A stretch of DNA of 64,000 nt from Candidatus Omnitrophota bacterium (GTDB lineage Bacteria > Omnitrophota > Gorgyraeia > Zapsychrales > JANLHA01). The stretch spans positions 1,966 to 65,965 of the forward strand of contig JACKFI010000009.1 in the NCBI GenBank assembly GCA_020632555.1, read 5' to 3'. The notes under the pieces were generated by a model. The model worked only from the letters and a program-made list of their open reading frames with translations, had not been told where the DNA came from and did no database searches. A program made the position numbers and the translations under genes. Shown here piece by piece: positions 32,001-41,341 of this stretch (within the stretch, counting starts at the first letter, position 1; every line of letters begins with the position of its first letter).

Positions 32001-32429
32001 TTATTCTAACTCTAGAACAATGTGTTGATCACCTTTACTTAACGTAACCGCCAACGGCGTAATCGCTATAACTTCATACCCTTCAACTTGCTGACCAACT
32101 CGAACATTTTGATCATTAATCACAGCAGCGGAATTTCCAGGCTCATAAAAAATCCCTGCCAAATACAACTCCCCCAACTTCCGGCGCGAAGAGATTGTCG
32201 CCCGAGAAAAAGGATCGCGATATGTCGCCAACTTTTTCGATTCCGCCTGAAGCTTTAAATAAAATGGCACCGCCGGCAAATCAGAATCCCCAACTGAAAC
32301 AACAGAAATATCTTTCGGAGCCTGCTGAGTCTTAATTCTTCCAGTAGCAAGCCAAAGCACCAGGAAAATCAAAACGCCGACAATGACAATCAATTGGATC
32401 TTATCTTTTTTGGTCAATACCATTTTCAT
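32001..32429 (-). CDS. PilP-like pilus assembly protein
   Basis: 142 aa with an N-terminal TM helix, an RDPF motif and a C-terminal beta-domain pattern (LAGIFY..AVIND..V.VGQQVEGYEVI). Follows pilO. Confidence 0.5.
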   Translation of the reverse strand: MKMVLTKKDKIQLIVIVGVLIFLVLWLATGRIKTQQAPKDISVVSVGDSDLPAVPFYLKLQAESKKLATYRDPFSRATISSRRKLGELYLAGIFYEPGNSAAVINDQNVRVGQQVEGYEVIAITPLAVTLSKGDQHIVLELE

Positions 32430-32989
32430 GAAAGCAAATAAATATTCAATTCAAAACTAATAATCAACTGTCCTGGCATTTGTGTATCTCGAATAATAAC
32501 AAAGCGACGAATCGTAAAATAAGGCAACTGGGTTTCTAGCCGGTCAATAAATGCCATAACATTCTTAAAACTTCCTTTCATTTCCACCGCAACAACAACA
32601 CTGCGACATGTCAAACCCTCAACCACAAACGGCTGGTTAAGCTCATCGACGACATCAATAGCAGGCTGTGACTGCATCAATGTAACAGCCAGTTTCAACT
32701 GTCCGGCGGTTTTAGCAATCGTTTTTAATGCTTCCTTTTCTTGAGTCGGGAATTTTGCCTTCAAAGCCGAAACTCGATCACGAAAAATGTGAACACGCTC
32801 AGCTATGGATTTATCATTTTCCATTAAAGAATCCAAGGCTTCAATTTTAGCTTGCATCATAACTAATTCAACCCGTTTAGCCGCAACATCACGCTCAAGA
32901 GGCAAATACCAAAAAAATATTGCCATAAAAACAACTGCAAACATCACCCCAAAATAAGCGAATATCTTTTTGTAGTCTTTACACATCAT
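32426..32989 (-). CDS. pilO: PilO-like type IV pilus assembly protein
   Basis: TM helix plus coiled coil plus a C-terminal alpha/beta domain. Start set at the ATG at 32987-32989, just after the upstream stop. Confidence 0.6.
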   Translation of the reverse strand: MMCKDYKKIFAYFGVMFAVVFMAIFFWYLPLERDVAAKRVELVMMQAKIEALDSLMENDKSIAERVHIFRDRVSALKAKFPTQEKEALKTIAKTAGQLKLAVTLMQSQPAIDVVDELNQPFVVEGLTCRSVVVAVEMKGSFKNVMAFIDRLETQLPYFTIRRFVIIRDTQMPGQLIISFELNIYLLS

Positions 32990-32990
32990 C

Positions 32991-34634
32991 TTAAACTCCA
33001 GAGGCCACAACACAGCTGATTTCAAACTGATCAAATCCAGCGTTTTTCTTTGTTGATAAAAGTGTCGCTGAAAAAAACAAATTAGATTCATCAAGCCGCT
33101 GAACAAAATCAATCAGCTGGTTTTGCCCCTGTCGGCTCATCGACGCAATCAATGAACCGGAAATCTTAACCTCTTTGGTCGATTGATCAAAATGGATTTG
33201 ATCCAAAATAATCCCTTCAGGAATGACATCACTAACAACCCTCAAAACCATATCTCCGGGAACTTTATTGCGAATAATCTTCTGCCAAAGATCCGCTCGC
33301 GCCACAATCTGCGCGTTCATCTGTTGAATCGCACTCATCGCCTGCAAATGAATACGTGCATTTTCTAATTGCCGCTGATAATTCTTTTGTTGTAAGAATA
33401 AGAACCCAACAGAACAAAAAAATAATAAAAAGACCGTAAGCATTGCTAAACGAGCCAACATCCATTGCGCTTGCTGCGATCTTTTCTGTTTAATCTCAAC
33501 CGGCAATAAATTAATACCTTCCCGCCCATTTAAGGCCGCGCCTAGAACCGGCAACAATCTCTTTTGATAATCGGCAAAATCCGCCCGCAATGCTTGCGCA
33601 GCACCATTCAAATTAATCGTCGGTAAAACAACATCTTGGAAAACCAACTCTTTGGCTAAATAACTTTGCAAATCTTTTAAATCACTGATCGAACCAGTCA
33701 AATATAATATTTTTGGTTTATCCATTATTAAAGCAGACCCAAAATACGCAATCGAAAATCGTATTTCACGAACCATGGTTTCTAAAAAAGGCCGCAACAA
33801 CGATACCGCATGCAATGCCGGGATATCTTGATTCAATGCCTCCGTATCCCCCACAAGAAGGCCAGGGATAGCTTTAATTCTTTCGATATCCTTTAACGAA
33901 AGACGAATATTTTTTTGATCAGAAACAACCGGCTCTAACATAGCTTGCAAAACTTTTTCCCACGATATTGGCAAACGTCGTAAAAAAACCAACCTCTGCT
34001 GCCAGTAAATACTTAAAAATGCTTTCTTTTCATTGATATCCAAAACAACGACCGATGATTGATTGTCCTTTTGATCTGCAATAATCCGTCCATAATCAAA
34101 CGCCGCGATTGTGACCCGATTCACATTTAAACGACAACTCTCGCAAATCTCTAAATACGTTTCCAAAATCTCCTTTTGCACAAAATAAAAAACATACCCT
34201 TGCTGTTGAACACCCTGTTGATCCGTGGCTTCATATACCTTCTGAAAATCAACCGACGCTGTTTCTAAATCAAAAGGGGCTTGCTCCTTAATTTGCCATT
34301 TCGCCGCGCCAATAATTTCTTCCACCGGCAAATGCGGCAAAACAAGATATTTAACAAAAACACCCTCCGCCTGAGAAATACTCAAAACCACATCGTAATG
34401 CCCGAGAATTTTACGGTGTCGCGCTATAAAATCTTTTATCAATTGCACAACCTGATCAACGAATGGCTCAACTGTATCTAAAATCTTGATTTCATAACAC
34501 AATAAACGCAATCCACTTAAAAGCGTTTCACAAACAGCCAGTTTTAAGGTACTCACTGACAATTCAATCACAAGAGTGTGTTGACGATGAACTGGAGAGA
34601 AAATATTACGGGGATTTGAAAAAGGAACTGTCAT
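32991..34634 (-). CDS. PilM-PilN fusion protein (GspL-like architecture)
   Basis: The N-terminal ~370 aa is an actin-like ATPase fold resembling PilM. It is followed by the PilN signature INLLPVEIKQKR, a TM helix and a periplasmic domain. Start set at MTVPF (34634). Confidence 0.7.
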   Translation of the reverse strand: MTVPFSNPRNIFSPVHRQHTLVIELSVSTLKLAVCETLLSGLRLLCYEIKILDTVEPFVDQVVQLIKDFIARHRKILGHYDVVLSISQAEGVFVKYLVLPHLPVEEIIGAAKWQIKEQAPFDLETASVDFQKVYEATDQQGVQQQGYVFYFVQKEILETYLEICESCRLNVNRVTIAAFDYGRIIADQKDNQSSVVVLDINEKKAFLSIYWQQRLVFLRRLPISWEKVLQAMLEPVVSDQKNIRLSLKDIERIKAIPGLLVGDTEALNQDIPALHAVSLLRPFLETMVREIRFSIAYFGSALIMDKPKILYLTGSISDLKDLQSYLAKELVFQDVVLPTINLNGAAQALRADFADYQKRLLPVLGAALNGREGINLLPVEIKQKRSQQAQWMLARLAMLTVFLLFFCSVGFLFLQQKNYQRQLENARIHLQAMSAIQQMNAQIVARADLWQKIIRNKVPGDMVLRVVSDVIPEGIILDQIHFDQSTKEVKISGSLIASMSRQGQNQLIDFVQRLDESNLFFSATLLSTKKNAGFDQFEISCVVASGV

Positions 34635-34635
34635 A

Positions 34636-35208
34636 TTATTGAAATCTCGCAACAGCAATCGCAGAAGCCTGCTCAGAAGATCCTTCCCAATCGCTAAAAA
34701 GACCTGTCCCGCTTTGAGCAATCAACATTAATGAAACCCAACGCACCTGCGCCGGAACAACAGTAAGAACTTCATTGCTATCATAAAATAAAAACAATTT
34801 CCCACCTTTACCTAAAATCCGAATGCCAGCTTTTAAATACAACGGCATCACAACCTCGGCTCCACCATTAATTGCGCGATATAGTTGTCCCGTGGCCGTA
34901 TCCAGCCGATAATTAATCGTTTGACCATCCTGGTTCAAAAAAGTCAATTGTGTATCGGCAATCGCTGTTATCTGACGACTAAATCGCAAACCTTTGGCCT
35001 GGCTATCGCCCTCGATCATCACATTCAATGCATCAGTCGCCAACATATCCATATTCAATTGATTAGATAAAAAGACTGAATCACGAACAAAATGCATCAT
35101 CAGCCATCCGCCAGAAAACGCCAAAACTCCGATAATGGCAATAACCATAATCAGTTCGATCAAGGTGAAACCCCGACTATATTCTAATTTGGGTTGATTA
35201 TAAACCAT
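34636..35208 (-). CDS. Type IV minor pilin / pseudopilin
   Basis: Prepilin signature SRG|FTLIELIMVIAIIGVLA. Start chosen at MVYNQPK (35208). Confidence 0.7.
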   Translation of the reverse strand: MVYNQPKLEYSRGFTLIELIMVIAIIGVLAFSGGWLMMHFVRDSVFLSNQLNMDMLATDALNVMIEGDSQAKGLRFSRQITAIADTQLTFLNQDGQTINYRLDTATGQLYRAINGGAEVVMPLYLKAGIRILGKGGKLFLFYDSNEVLTVVPAQVRWVSLMLIAQSGTGLFSDWEGSSEQASAIAVARFQ

Positions 35209-35605
35209 AAACAATATTATTTGCGAAATAAGTGGTGAAACTTGCCAAAACCGCTGAATTCCCTGAACGACGAACATCCACGATAATCTTTTTCAAACTT
35301 TCAGCACTAGACCCACTTCCTTGAATATAGGAAACAGTCCGCGTAACATCATAACTGTAACCCAAATAATTGCTAAAACTAACACTCACCATACTAGCAA
35401 AAGACATTTTATTAACCCGCTCGATATCATACCGAGCCAAAGCAATAGCCATCGCTGAATCTTGACTGGCAAACGCTCCTTTAACATATGAAGCAATGGT
35501 GACCGACAATGGTATAGCAATAATGGCAGCCACAACAATAGCCATAACTAATTCGATGAGCGTAAAACCAGCAGTTCTATTAAAATTCTTATGGCAAGGA
35601 AACAT
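35198..35605 (-). CDS. Type IV minor pilin / pseudopilin
   Basis: 135 aa with the prepilin signature TAG|FTLIELVMAIVVAAII. AGGAGA RBS. Confidence 0.7.
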   Translation of the reverse strand: MFPCHKNFNRTAGFTLIELVMAIVVAAIIAIPLSVTIASYVKGAFASQDSAMAIALARYDIERVNKMSFASMVSVSFSNYLGYSYDVTRTVSYIQGSGSSAESLKKIIVDVRRSGNSAVLASFTTYFANNIVYGL

Positions 35606-36392
35606 TGATCTCCTGACTATCGATAATATGACCCGTCAACGCATTATAAGTCACTTGTATTGTCCGATAAATATTTGACACCGTTGTTTTACCCATCGCA
35701 ATAATATTAAAATCATTATGATTGGAAGCCGGATAAATCGTCACTGTTTTAGATGAACCATCTGTCATCCAAAATTGCGCCGTAGCTGTAACACCTGTCA
35801 TGTCATTTTGAAAACGCAAACGATCTATTTGGTAAATTGATGATGTTGCATTGAGGGTCACATCTGGACTCAAATCAGCATCAACCGGCGAGCCCTGATT
35901 ACCACTCCACAAATTTAACCCATTAATACGTATGCTTCGAAGATTAACAGAATTATTCCAAGCGACAACTATTCGATCAATGGTAATCGTGTGGGAATTG
36001 GTTGCATTCTGAATTTGTAAATTTACTATATCCTTATTTGCCCCGCCCCCCAAATCAGCGGTCGAAGTATCCACCATCAACAGATCGGCATCGTTTGCCC
36101 CCAATACAAAGAAACGTGTCGCATCCAAATTCGTCTGCCCTTTTGAAAAATAACCATTACCTGTTAATTTATGAAAACGAAAATCATGCAAAGCTTGATG
36201 GATTCCTGCCTGCGCTAGATACACCGTTTCGGCAAAAATTTTCTGATTTTCCACTTGTTTCATGCGAGCAACAACAAATGTTGCCGTTCCCAAAACAGCG
36301 ATGGAAACAAAAACAATCAATATCACCGATGTCATCAAAACCATACCTGAATGTTTTTGCAATTTCATAAACTTTTTAGACAGATAATTCAT
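35589..36392 (-). CDS. PilX-like pilus assembly protein
   Basis: 267 aa with an N-terminal hydrophobic segment (HSGMVLMTSVILIVFVSIAVLG) lacking the Glu5 pilin signature, as in PilX_N proteins. Lies within the pilin gene block. Confidence 0.45.
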   Translation of the reverse strand: MNYLSKKFMKLQKHSGMVLMTSVILIVFVSIAVLGTATFVVARMKQVENQKIFAETVYLAQAGIHQALHDFRFHKLTGNGYFSKGQTNLDATRFFVLGANDADLLMVDTSTADLGGGANKDIVNLQIQNATNSHTITIDRIVVAWNNSVNLRSIRINGLNLWSGNQGSPVDADLSPDVTLNATSSIYQIDRLRFQNDMTGVTATAQFWMTDGSSKTVTIYPASNHNDFNIIAMGKTTVSNIYRTIQVTYNALTGHIIDSQEINVSLP

Positions 36393-36427
36393 TATGAAAA
36401 AGAATTTACTCCCGATCCTATAAGCGA

Positions 36428-36469
36428 AACGACACGACCCTAGTTAACCACCACCAAGGTCGTGTCGTT
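36428..36469 (-). terminator. Strong hairpin after the distal pilin gene
   Basis: Perfect 12-bp stem: AACGACACGACC (36428-39) pairs with GGTCGTGTCGTT (36458-69). On the minus strand it is followed by TTCGCTT. Confidence 0.6.
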
Positions 36470-36497
36470 CGATATTTCTCACGAAATCACCCAATTA

Positions 36498-36872
36498 TTA
36501 TTTAAAATCACCGGTTGCCGCAGTATACGTATACGTAGTCCCCGCAGGCCCCGTATATGTCGTCGCACTAGCTTTTGTCCAATCAGACGTAATCGCCCCT
36601 TGTCCTAAAACGGTACCAAAACAAATATTAGTGGCAGAACAAGCTGCGCTGCTAGCAGAATCCAATGTTGCCGGAAAAGCTTTATTTTGCGCAAAATATG
36701 TCTGAATGCCAGCCCGAACACCCCCTACAACACCTTTTTCGGCAGCTGTGTTCGCGCCAGTAGACAAATCAAAATATTTTGGAACAGCTACCACTGCCAA
36801 TACACCTAAAATAACAATAATCATAATCAATTCAATTAAAGTAAACCCTTTTTTCAAAAAATCCTTTTTCAT
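36498..36872 (-). CDS. pilA: Type IV major pilin paralog 1
   Basis: The ATG at 36870-36872 follows an AAGGAG RBS. Leader is MKKDFLKKG|FTLIELIMIIVILGVLA. Mature length 115 aa, with one Cys pair. Confidence 0.8.
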   Translation of the reverse strand: MKKDFLKKGFTLIELIMIIVILGVLAVVAVPKYFDLSTGANTAAEKGVVGGVRAGIQTYFAQNKAFPATLDSASSAACSATNICFGTVLGQGAITSDWTKASATTYTGPAGTTYTYTAATGDFK

Positions 36873-36906
36873 CGTCAATAGCTCCTTCTTGTAGAATTGT
36901 TAAAAA

Positions 36907-37287
36907 TTACTTAAAGTCACCTGTCCCCGCTGTATACGTATAGGTTGTCCCTGCCGGGCCTGTATATGTGGTCGTACTGGCCTTAATCCAATCAGCCGTA
37001 ACAGCCCCTTGTCCTAAAACAGTTTCAAAACAAATATTTGTCGCTGTACACGCCGCGACACTGGCTGTATCCAAAGCCGACGGGAAAACTTTGTTTTCCG
37101 CAAAATACGTCTCTATCCCAGCGCGAACACCTCCAACAACACCTTTTTCAGCCGCTGTATTAGCATCTGTTGACAGATTAAAATATTTTGGAACGGCAAC
37201 AACAGCTAAAATTCCTAAAATCACAATAATCATAACCAATTCAATCAAAGTAAACCCTTGTTTGACGATTTGTCTTTTTTCATTCAT
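36907..37287 (-). CDS. pilA: Type IV major pilin paralog 2
   Basis: Leader is MNEKRQIVKQG|FTLIELVMIIVILGILA. By hand alignment there are 18 substitutions across the 115 mature residues relative to paralog 1. Confidence 0.8.
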   Translation of the reverse strand: MNEKRQIVKQGFTLIELVMIIVILGILAVVAVPKYFNLSTDANTAAEKGVVGGVRAGIETYFAENKVFPSALDTASVAACTATNICFETVLGQGAVTADWIKASTTTYTGPAGTTYTYTAGTGDFK

Positions 37288-37379
37288 TAACATTCTCCCT
37301 GACTTAATCATTAGCAACCTTATTTCCAAAAATCATCATACAAGATTTTTTCTTAAAATCGCAGGTTAAAACATAAATT

Positions 37380-38597
37380 TTATTGTTGAAAAAGTTTCAT
37401 CATTCCCCACATCGGCAGAAAAATTCCCAAAGCCATAAAAAGCACAGCTAAACCCAAAACAAAAATTAATATCGGTTCAATCAAAGAAACCATATTGTCA
37501 ATCGTAAACTCAATTTGAGAATCATAATAATCCGCGACATGAATTAATAATTCATCCAGCTTGGCCGTTTCTTCACCAACAGAAACCATTTGCAAAACAA
37601 CCGGGGGGAAAAGCCCGCACTCCCTCATTGGCTCTAACATCCCCTTACCCTCACTGACACTTTTAGAAATATTACTAATTACACCAGCAAAAATCACATT
37701 CCCCACAGTTTCACGCGCCAACTCAAGAATTCGCAAAATAGACACACCACTTTTCATCAAAATACCAACAATACGACAAAAACGCGAAATAATCATTTTC
37801 AAAATCAAAGGGCCAAAAACCGGAACCTTAATAGAAAACCCATCCCATTGCCGACGACCAATCGCAGTTTTAATATACTGCCCAAAAGCATACACCACCC
37901 CCGCCAAGCCCAAAAGTAAAAACCACCAAAAATGCGTCAAAACATAATTCAATGCAATTAAAACTTGTGTCGGCCACGGTAAAGCTGTCTTAAATTGACT
38001 ATAAAGACTAACAAAACGCGGAACAACTAAAGTGATTAAAGCAAAAAAACCGGCAAAGATCGTAAAGACCACAATTAAAGGATAACGGACAGCAGACTTC
38101 AGACGAATTTGGATTCTTTCTTCGCTCTCTCCCAACACAGTCAGTCGATTGAGAATTTCTGGCAATCGTCCCGAGATTTCTCCAGTCTTAACCATATTCA
38201 CGTAAAGTGGATTAAAAATAGCTGCATGCCGCGCCATCGCATCTGATAAAGTTGACCCAGCCTCAATATCCCGAATAATCTGCTCGAGGCTTTTTCTTAA
38301 AGCAACATTAGACGACTGCGCTTTAATAGCAATCAAACTACCCAAAAGCGGTAAACCTGCACGCTGCAAAGTAAACAATTGACGAGTAAAGAAATTTAAA
38401 TCCGCAAATCGCACCTTGGCCCACCGTTGCCAAAACGATTCCAGATTGTGTTGAGGACTTGTCGCAATGGTAATTTCAACCGGCAAATACCCCATTGTTT
38501 CCAACTTGATCGCAACCATTTGCGCCGTTTCTGATCCCATGCTGCCGCGAATCAACTGGCCTTCTTTATCCCGAGCTTTATATTGAAAATTATTCAT
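37380..38597 (-). CDS. pilC: Type IV pilus platform protein PilC (GspF family)
   Basis: 405 aa with two GspF repeats and 3 TM segments. Overlaps the pilB stop. Confidence 0.88.
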   Translation of the reverse strand: MNNFQYKARDKEGQLIRGSMGSETAQMVAIKLETMGYLPVEITIATSPQHNLESFWQRWAKVRFADLNFFTRQLFTLQRAGLPLLGSLIAIKAQSSNVALRKSLEQIIRDIEAGSTLSDAMARHAAIFNPLYVNMVKTGEISGRLPEILNRLTVLGESEERIQIRLKSAVRYPLIVVFTIFAGFFALITLVVPRFVSLYSQFKTALPWPTQVLIALNYVLTHFWWFLLLGLAGVVYAFGQYIKTAIGRRQWDGFSIKVPVFGPLILKMIISRFCRIVGILMKSGVSILRILELARETVGNVIFAGVISNISKSVSEGKGMLEPMRECGLFPPVVLQMVSVGEETAKLDELLIHVADYYDSQIEFTIDNMVSLIEPILIFVLGLAVLFMALGIFLPMWGMMKLFQQ

Positions 38598-40267
38598 GAT
38601 TCTGATTCCGTAACCCTTAAGACTTCTTCAGGAGTAGTAATGCCCGCCAAAATTTTTTCTAGACCCGCCTGACGCAATGTCCGCATGCCGTGAGTGATAG
38701 CTTTTTTTCGTATCTCATCAGACGACATTCGAGCATCAATCATTCGTCGGATATCTTCATCAACCGTCAAAATTTCAAAAATCCCCGTACGTCCGTTAAA
38801 ACCTGTCTGCCGACATCGCGCACAACCTTTACCATGATACACTTTTTGTTCAGCTGTCAACTCTAAAGCCTGCAAAACTTCAGTTGAAACCTGATGCTCT
38901 TCCTTACATTTTTCACAAATCACCCGCACCAAACGCTGAGCTAAAACTCCGACCACCGAGCTTGAAATCAAAAATGGTTCAATCCCCATATCCAACAATC
39001 GTGTTAACGCAGTCGGCGCGTCATTGGTATGCAAAGTTGAAAAAACCAAGTGCCCAGTCAAAGATGATTGAATCGCAATGTCCGCGGTTTCACGATCCCG
39101 AATCTCTCCAACCATAATGACATCCGGATCTTGCCGCAAAATGCTGCGCAATCCTTCCACAAAGGTAATTCCCGCCTTGACATTAATTTGAGTTTGACGA
39201 ATAATCGGCAAATCGTATTCGACAGGATCTTCAATCGTGATAATGTTTTTTTCCATCGAACTAATCGTTGTCAATGCCGCATATAAGGTCGATGTTTTAC
39301 CACTACCTGTTGGACCAGTTACCAAAACAATCCCATTGGGCCGATGAATCATTTTATTTAAAATAATCAATTCCTGTTCTAAGAATCCGATTTCTTTTAA
39401 TCCAAACAAAACAGCTGATTTATCCATCAAACGCATAACAATGTTTTCGCCATGCACCGTCGGAAAAGTCGATACCCGGATATCCAAATCCTTTTTCTCA
39501 ACACTCATCCGAATACGACCATCTTGCGGTTTGCGAGTTTCAGAAATATCCAATTCCGCGAGAATTTTGACTCGAGATGTTAAAGGATTTTGTAACTTTT
39601 TGGGCAGAACAGCAATTTCATGCAAAATACCATCGATTCGTGAACGCACTCGAACCATGTCATCTTCAGGTTCAATATGAATATCCGAAACACGGTCACG
39701 CACAGATTGAAAAATCAACACATTGATCAAACGAATAATGGGCGCATCTTCAGCCGTATCACCAACAGGTTGACCGGCAGATTTTTCATTAGCTTCTTGA
39801 GAAATTTGTTGAACAATATTTGAAACGCCGGCTTGCGTTGAATAACACGTATCTAAAACACGAAAAATACCTTTTTCTGTAACCAAAACCGGTTCCACCA
39901 TATCAACCTTAGCTACCCGCCGAATCTGGTCCAAAGCAAAAATATCTTGCGGATCGGCCATTCCCACCGTAATCCGCTGACCAATTTTAAAAAGTGGTAC
40001 CGCCCGATGCTTGCGAGCCAAAGACTCTGGGATTAATTTCACCACTTCAGCATCAACCACATAATCGCTCAAATCAACATAAGGAAGACCAAAAGCAGAA
40101 GCTTTGACACGGACAATATCTTCCTCAGCAATAACCCCAAGCTTAACCAATGCTTTTTCAAGACTCAACCCAGTCTTTTGAACTTCTTCGTAAGCTTCAA
40201 CAATATCTTTCTGTTCAATCAAACCTTCGCGAATCAACAGCTCTGTGATTTCAGTATTTTTAGTCAT
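38594..40267 (-). CDS. pilB: Type IV pilus assembly ATPase PilB (GspE family)
   Basis: 557 aa with Walker A GPTGSGKTST, Asp/His boxes and a tetracysteine motif (CEKC...CARC). Confidence 0.9.
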   Translation of the reverse strand: MTKNTEITELLIREGLIEQKDIVEAYEEVQKTGLSLEKALVKLGVIAEEDIVRVKASAFGLPYVDLSDYVVDAEVVKLIPESLARKHRAVPLFKIGQRITVGMADPQDIFALDQIRRVAKVDMVEPVLVTEKGIFRVLDTCYSTQAGVSNIVQQISQEANEKSAGQPVGDTAEDAPIIRLINVLIFQSVRDRVSDIHIEPEDDMVRVRSRIDGILHEIAVLPKKLQNPLTSRVKILAELDISETRKPQDGRIRMSVEKKDLDIRVSTFPTVHGENIVMRLMDKSAVLFGLKEIGFLEQELIILNKMIHRPNGIVLVTGPTGSGKTSTLYAALTTISSMEKNIITIEDPVEYDLPIIRQTQINVKAGITFVEGLRSILRQDPDVIMVGEIRDRETADIAIQSSLTGHLVFSTLHTNDAPTALTRLLDMGIEPFLISSSVVGVLAQRLVRVICEKCKEEHQVSTEVLQALELTAEQKVYHGKGCARCRQTGFNGRTGIFEILTVDEDIRRMIDARMSSDEIRKKAITHGMRTLRQAGLEKILAGITTPEEVLRVTESES

Positions 40268-40280
40268 TGCACAATGTGTA

Positions 40281-41015
40281 TTAATCCCAAAGTAGCTCTT
40301 TAATTGTATTCAGTAATATACTGCCATCATAAGGCTTGGCGATAAACGCGTCGGCCTTAACCTGCTGACGAATATCCGCGTCGTTTTCGCGAGCCAAAGC
40401 ACTTAAAAGCACAATAGCAATGCGACGATATTTCTCATCAAACTTAAGCATTCGGCACAATGTATAACCATCCAACTTAGGAACCATAACATCCACAACC
40501 ATCAAATCCGGTTTTTCACGCCGAGCTCTCTCCAAACCGTCTAAACCATTTTGCGCGGTAATGACTTCATACCCGCTAACACATAAACGTTCCTGCAACA
40601 TTTCCAGAACTCCATTTTGATCATCAACAATCAAAATCTTTTTATGCTTAGCTTGCATTCTTTTAGCAATTTTGCGCAGCAAATCTTCCATGCGAAACGG
40701 CTTAACAATATAATCATTAATACCGCGCATTTTAAAAATATCTTGCAAGCTTTCCTGAGAGCTAAGAATAATAATCGGCGTGGTTTTAACATCTGCAATG
40801 CGTTCAAACTCTTCAACAAATGTATAACCATCCATGTTAGGCATCATAATATCCAGCACAATAATATCGGGCTGAAAACTTTGATATCGGTCTAATCCTT
40901 CAAGCCCGTCGGCCGCTGTTTCAACCACATAACCATGCTCGACAAACTTATTAGTCAATAACGTACGCAAAGTCAAATCATCGTCAATAACTAAAACTTT
41001 TCCTTTATGAGACAT
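40281..41015 (-). CDS. Tandem-receiver (REC-REC) response regulator without an output domain
   Basis: 244 aa with two CheY-like domains (VLVIDDD...VLDIMMPNMDG and ILIVDDQ...VVDVMVPKLDG). Confidence 0.8.
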   Translation of the reverse strand: MSHKGKVLVIDDDLTLRTLLTNKFVEHGYVVETAADGLEGLDRYQSFQPDIIVLDIMMPNMDGYTFVEEFERIADVKTTPIIILSSQESLQDIFKMRGINDYIVKPFRMEDLLRKIAKRMQAKHKKILIVDDQNGVLEMLQERLCVSGYEVITAQNGLDGLERARREKPDLMVVDVMVPKLDGYTLCRMLKFDEKYRRIAIVLLSALARENDADIRQQVKADAFIAKPYDGSILLNTIKELLWD

Positions 41016-41040
41016 AGGGCCAGTATATCATCTTTTATCC

Positions 41041-41221
41041 CAAATTTTGCATTACAACACGGTGCGCGACGATACGTTGCGCACAAAAAAATGAAATGCA
41101 AAATTTGCCTTTGGTTGCGGTTTTCCGCAAGGATTAACCCCGCACGTCTCGTTTTTGTCGAGACATGCGTCTTTTTGGGCGAATTTTGCTTGGCCTCGCA
41201 GAGGCGAGGCTAATGCAAAAT
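41041..41221. other. Cluster of four GC-rich hairpins, two of them bracketed by ATTTTGCA / TGCAAAAT arms
   Basis: Hairpin A: the 13-bp perfect arms at 41041-53 and 41095-107 enclose GTGCGC/GCGCAC. Hairpin B: TTGCGG/CCGCAA (41115-30). Hairpin C: CGCACGTCTCG/CGAGACATGCG (41141-69) followed by a T-run on the plus strand. Hairpin D: ATTTTGC/GCAAAAT encloses GCCTCGC/GCGAGGC (41183-41221). Confidence 0.4.
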
Positions 41222-41290
41222 CCGGGTTTATTGCGGATATATTCTTAACTATAAAATCTTTTTTGACTAATGTTCGTTATTTAAATGAAA

Positions 41291-41316
41291 AGGACAGATC
41301 AATAGCATAATCCGTC
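41291..41316 (-). terminator. Intrinsic terminator after the small Cys/Met-rich ORF
   Basis: Minus strand reads GGACGGAT...ATCTGTCC (one G-U pair) followed by TTTTCATTT. Confidence 0.65.
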
Positions 41317-41341
41317 CTTTTTTACATCCTAACCTCGCATC

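Noticed and set aside
41095-41110. Possible sigma-54 promoter (GGCAAATTTTGCA) upstream of the pilus operon
   Set aside because: The GG and GC dinucleotides are 10 nt apart, not the 12 nt required by the TGGCAC-N5-TTGCA consensus.
41007-41213. 68-aa plus-strand ORF in the hairpin-rich intergenic region
   Set aside because: The reading frame runs through four palindromic hairpins, has no RBS, and its sequence looks like translated structured RNA or DNA.
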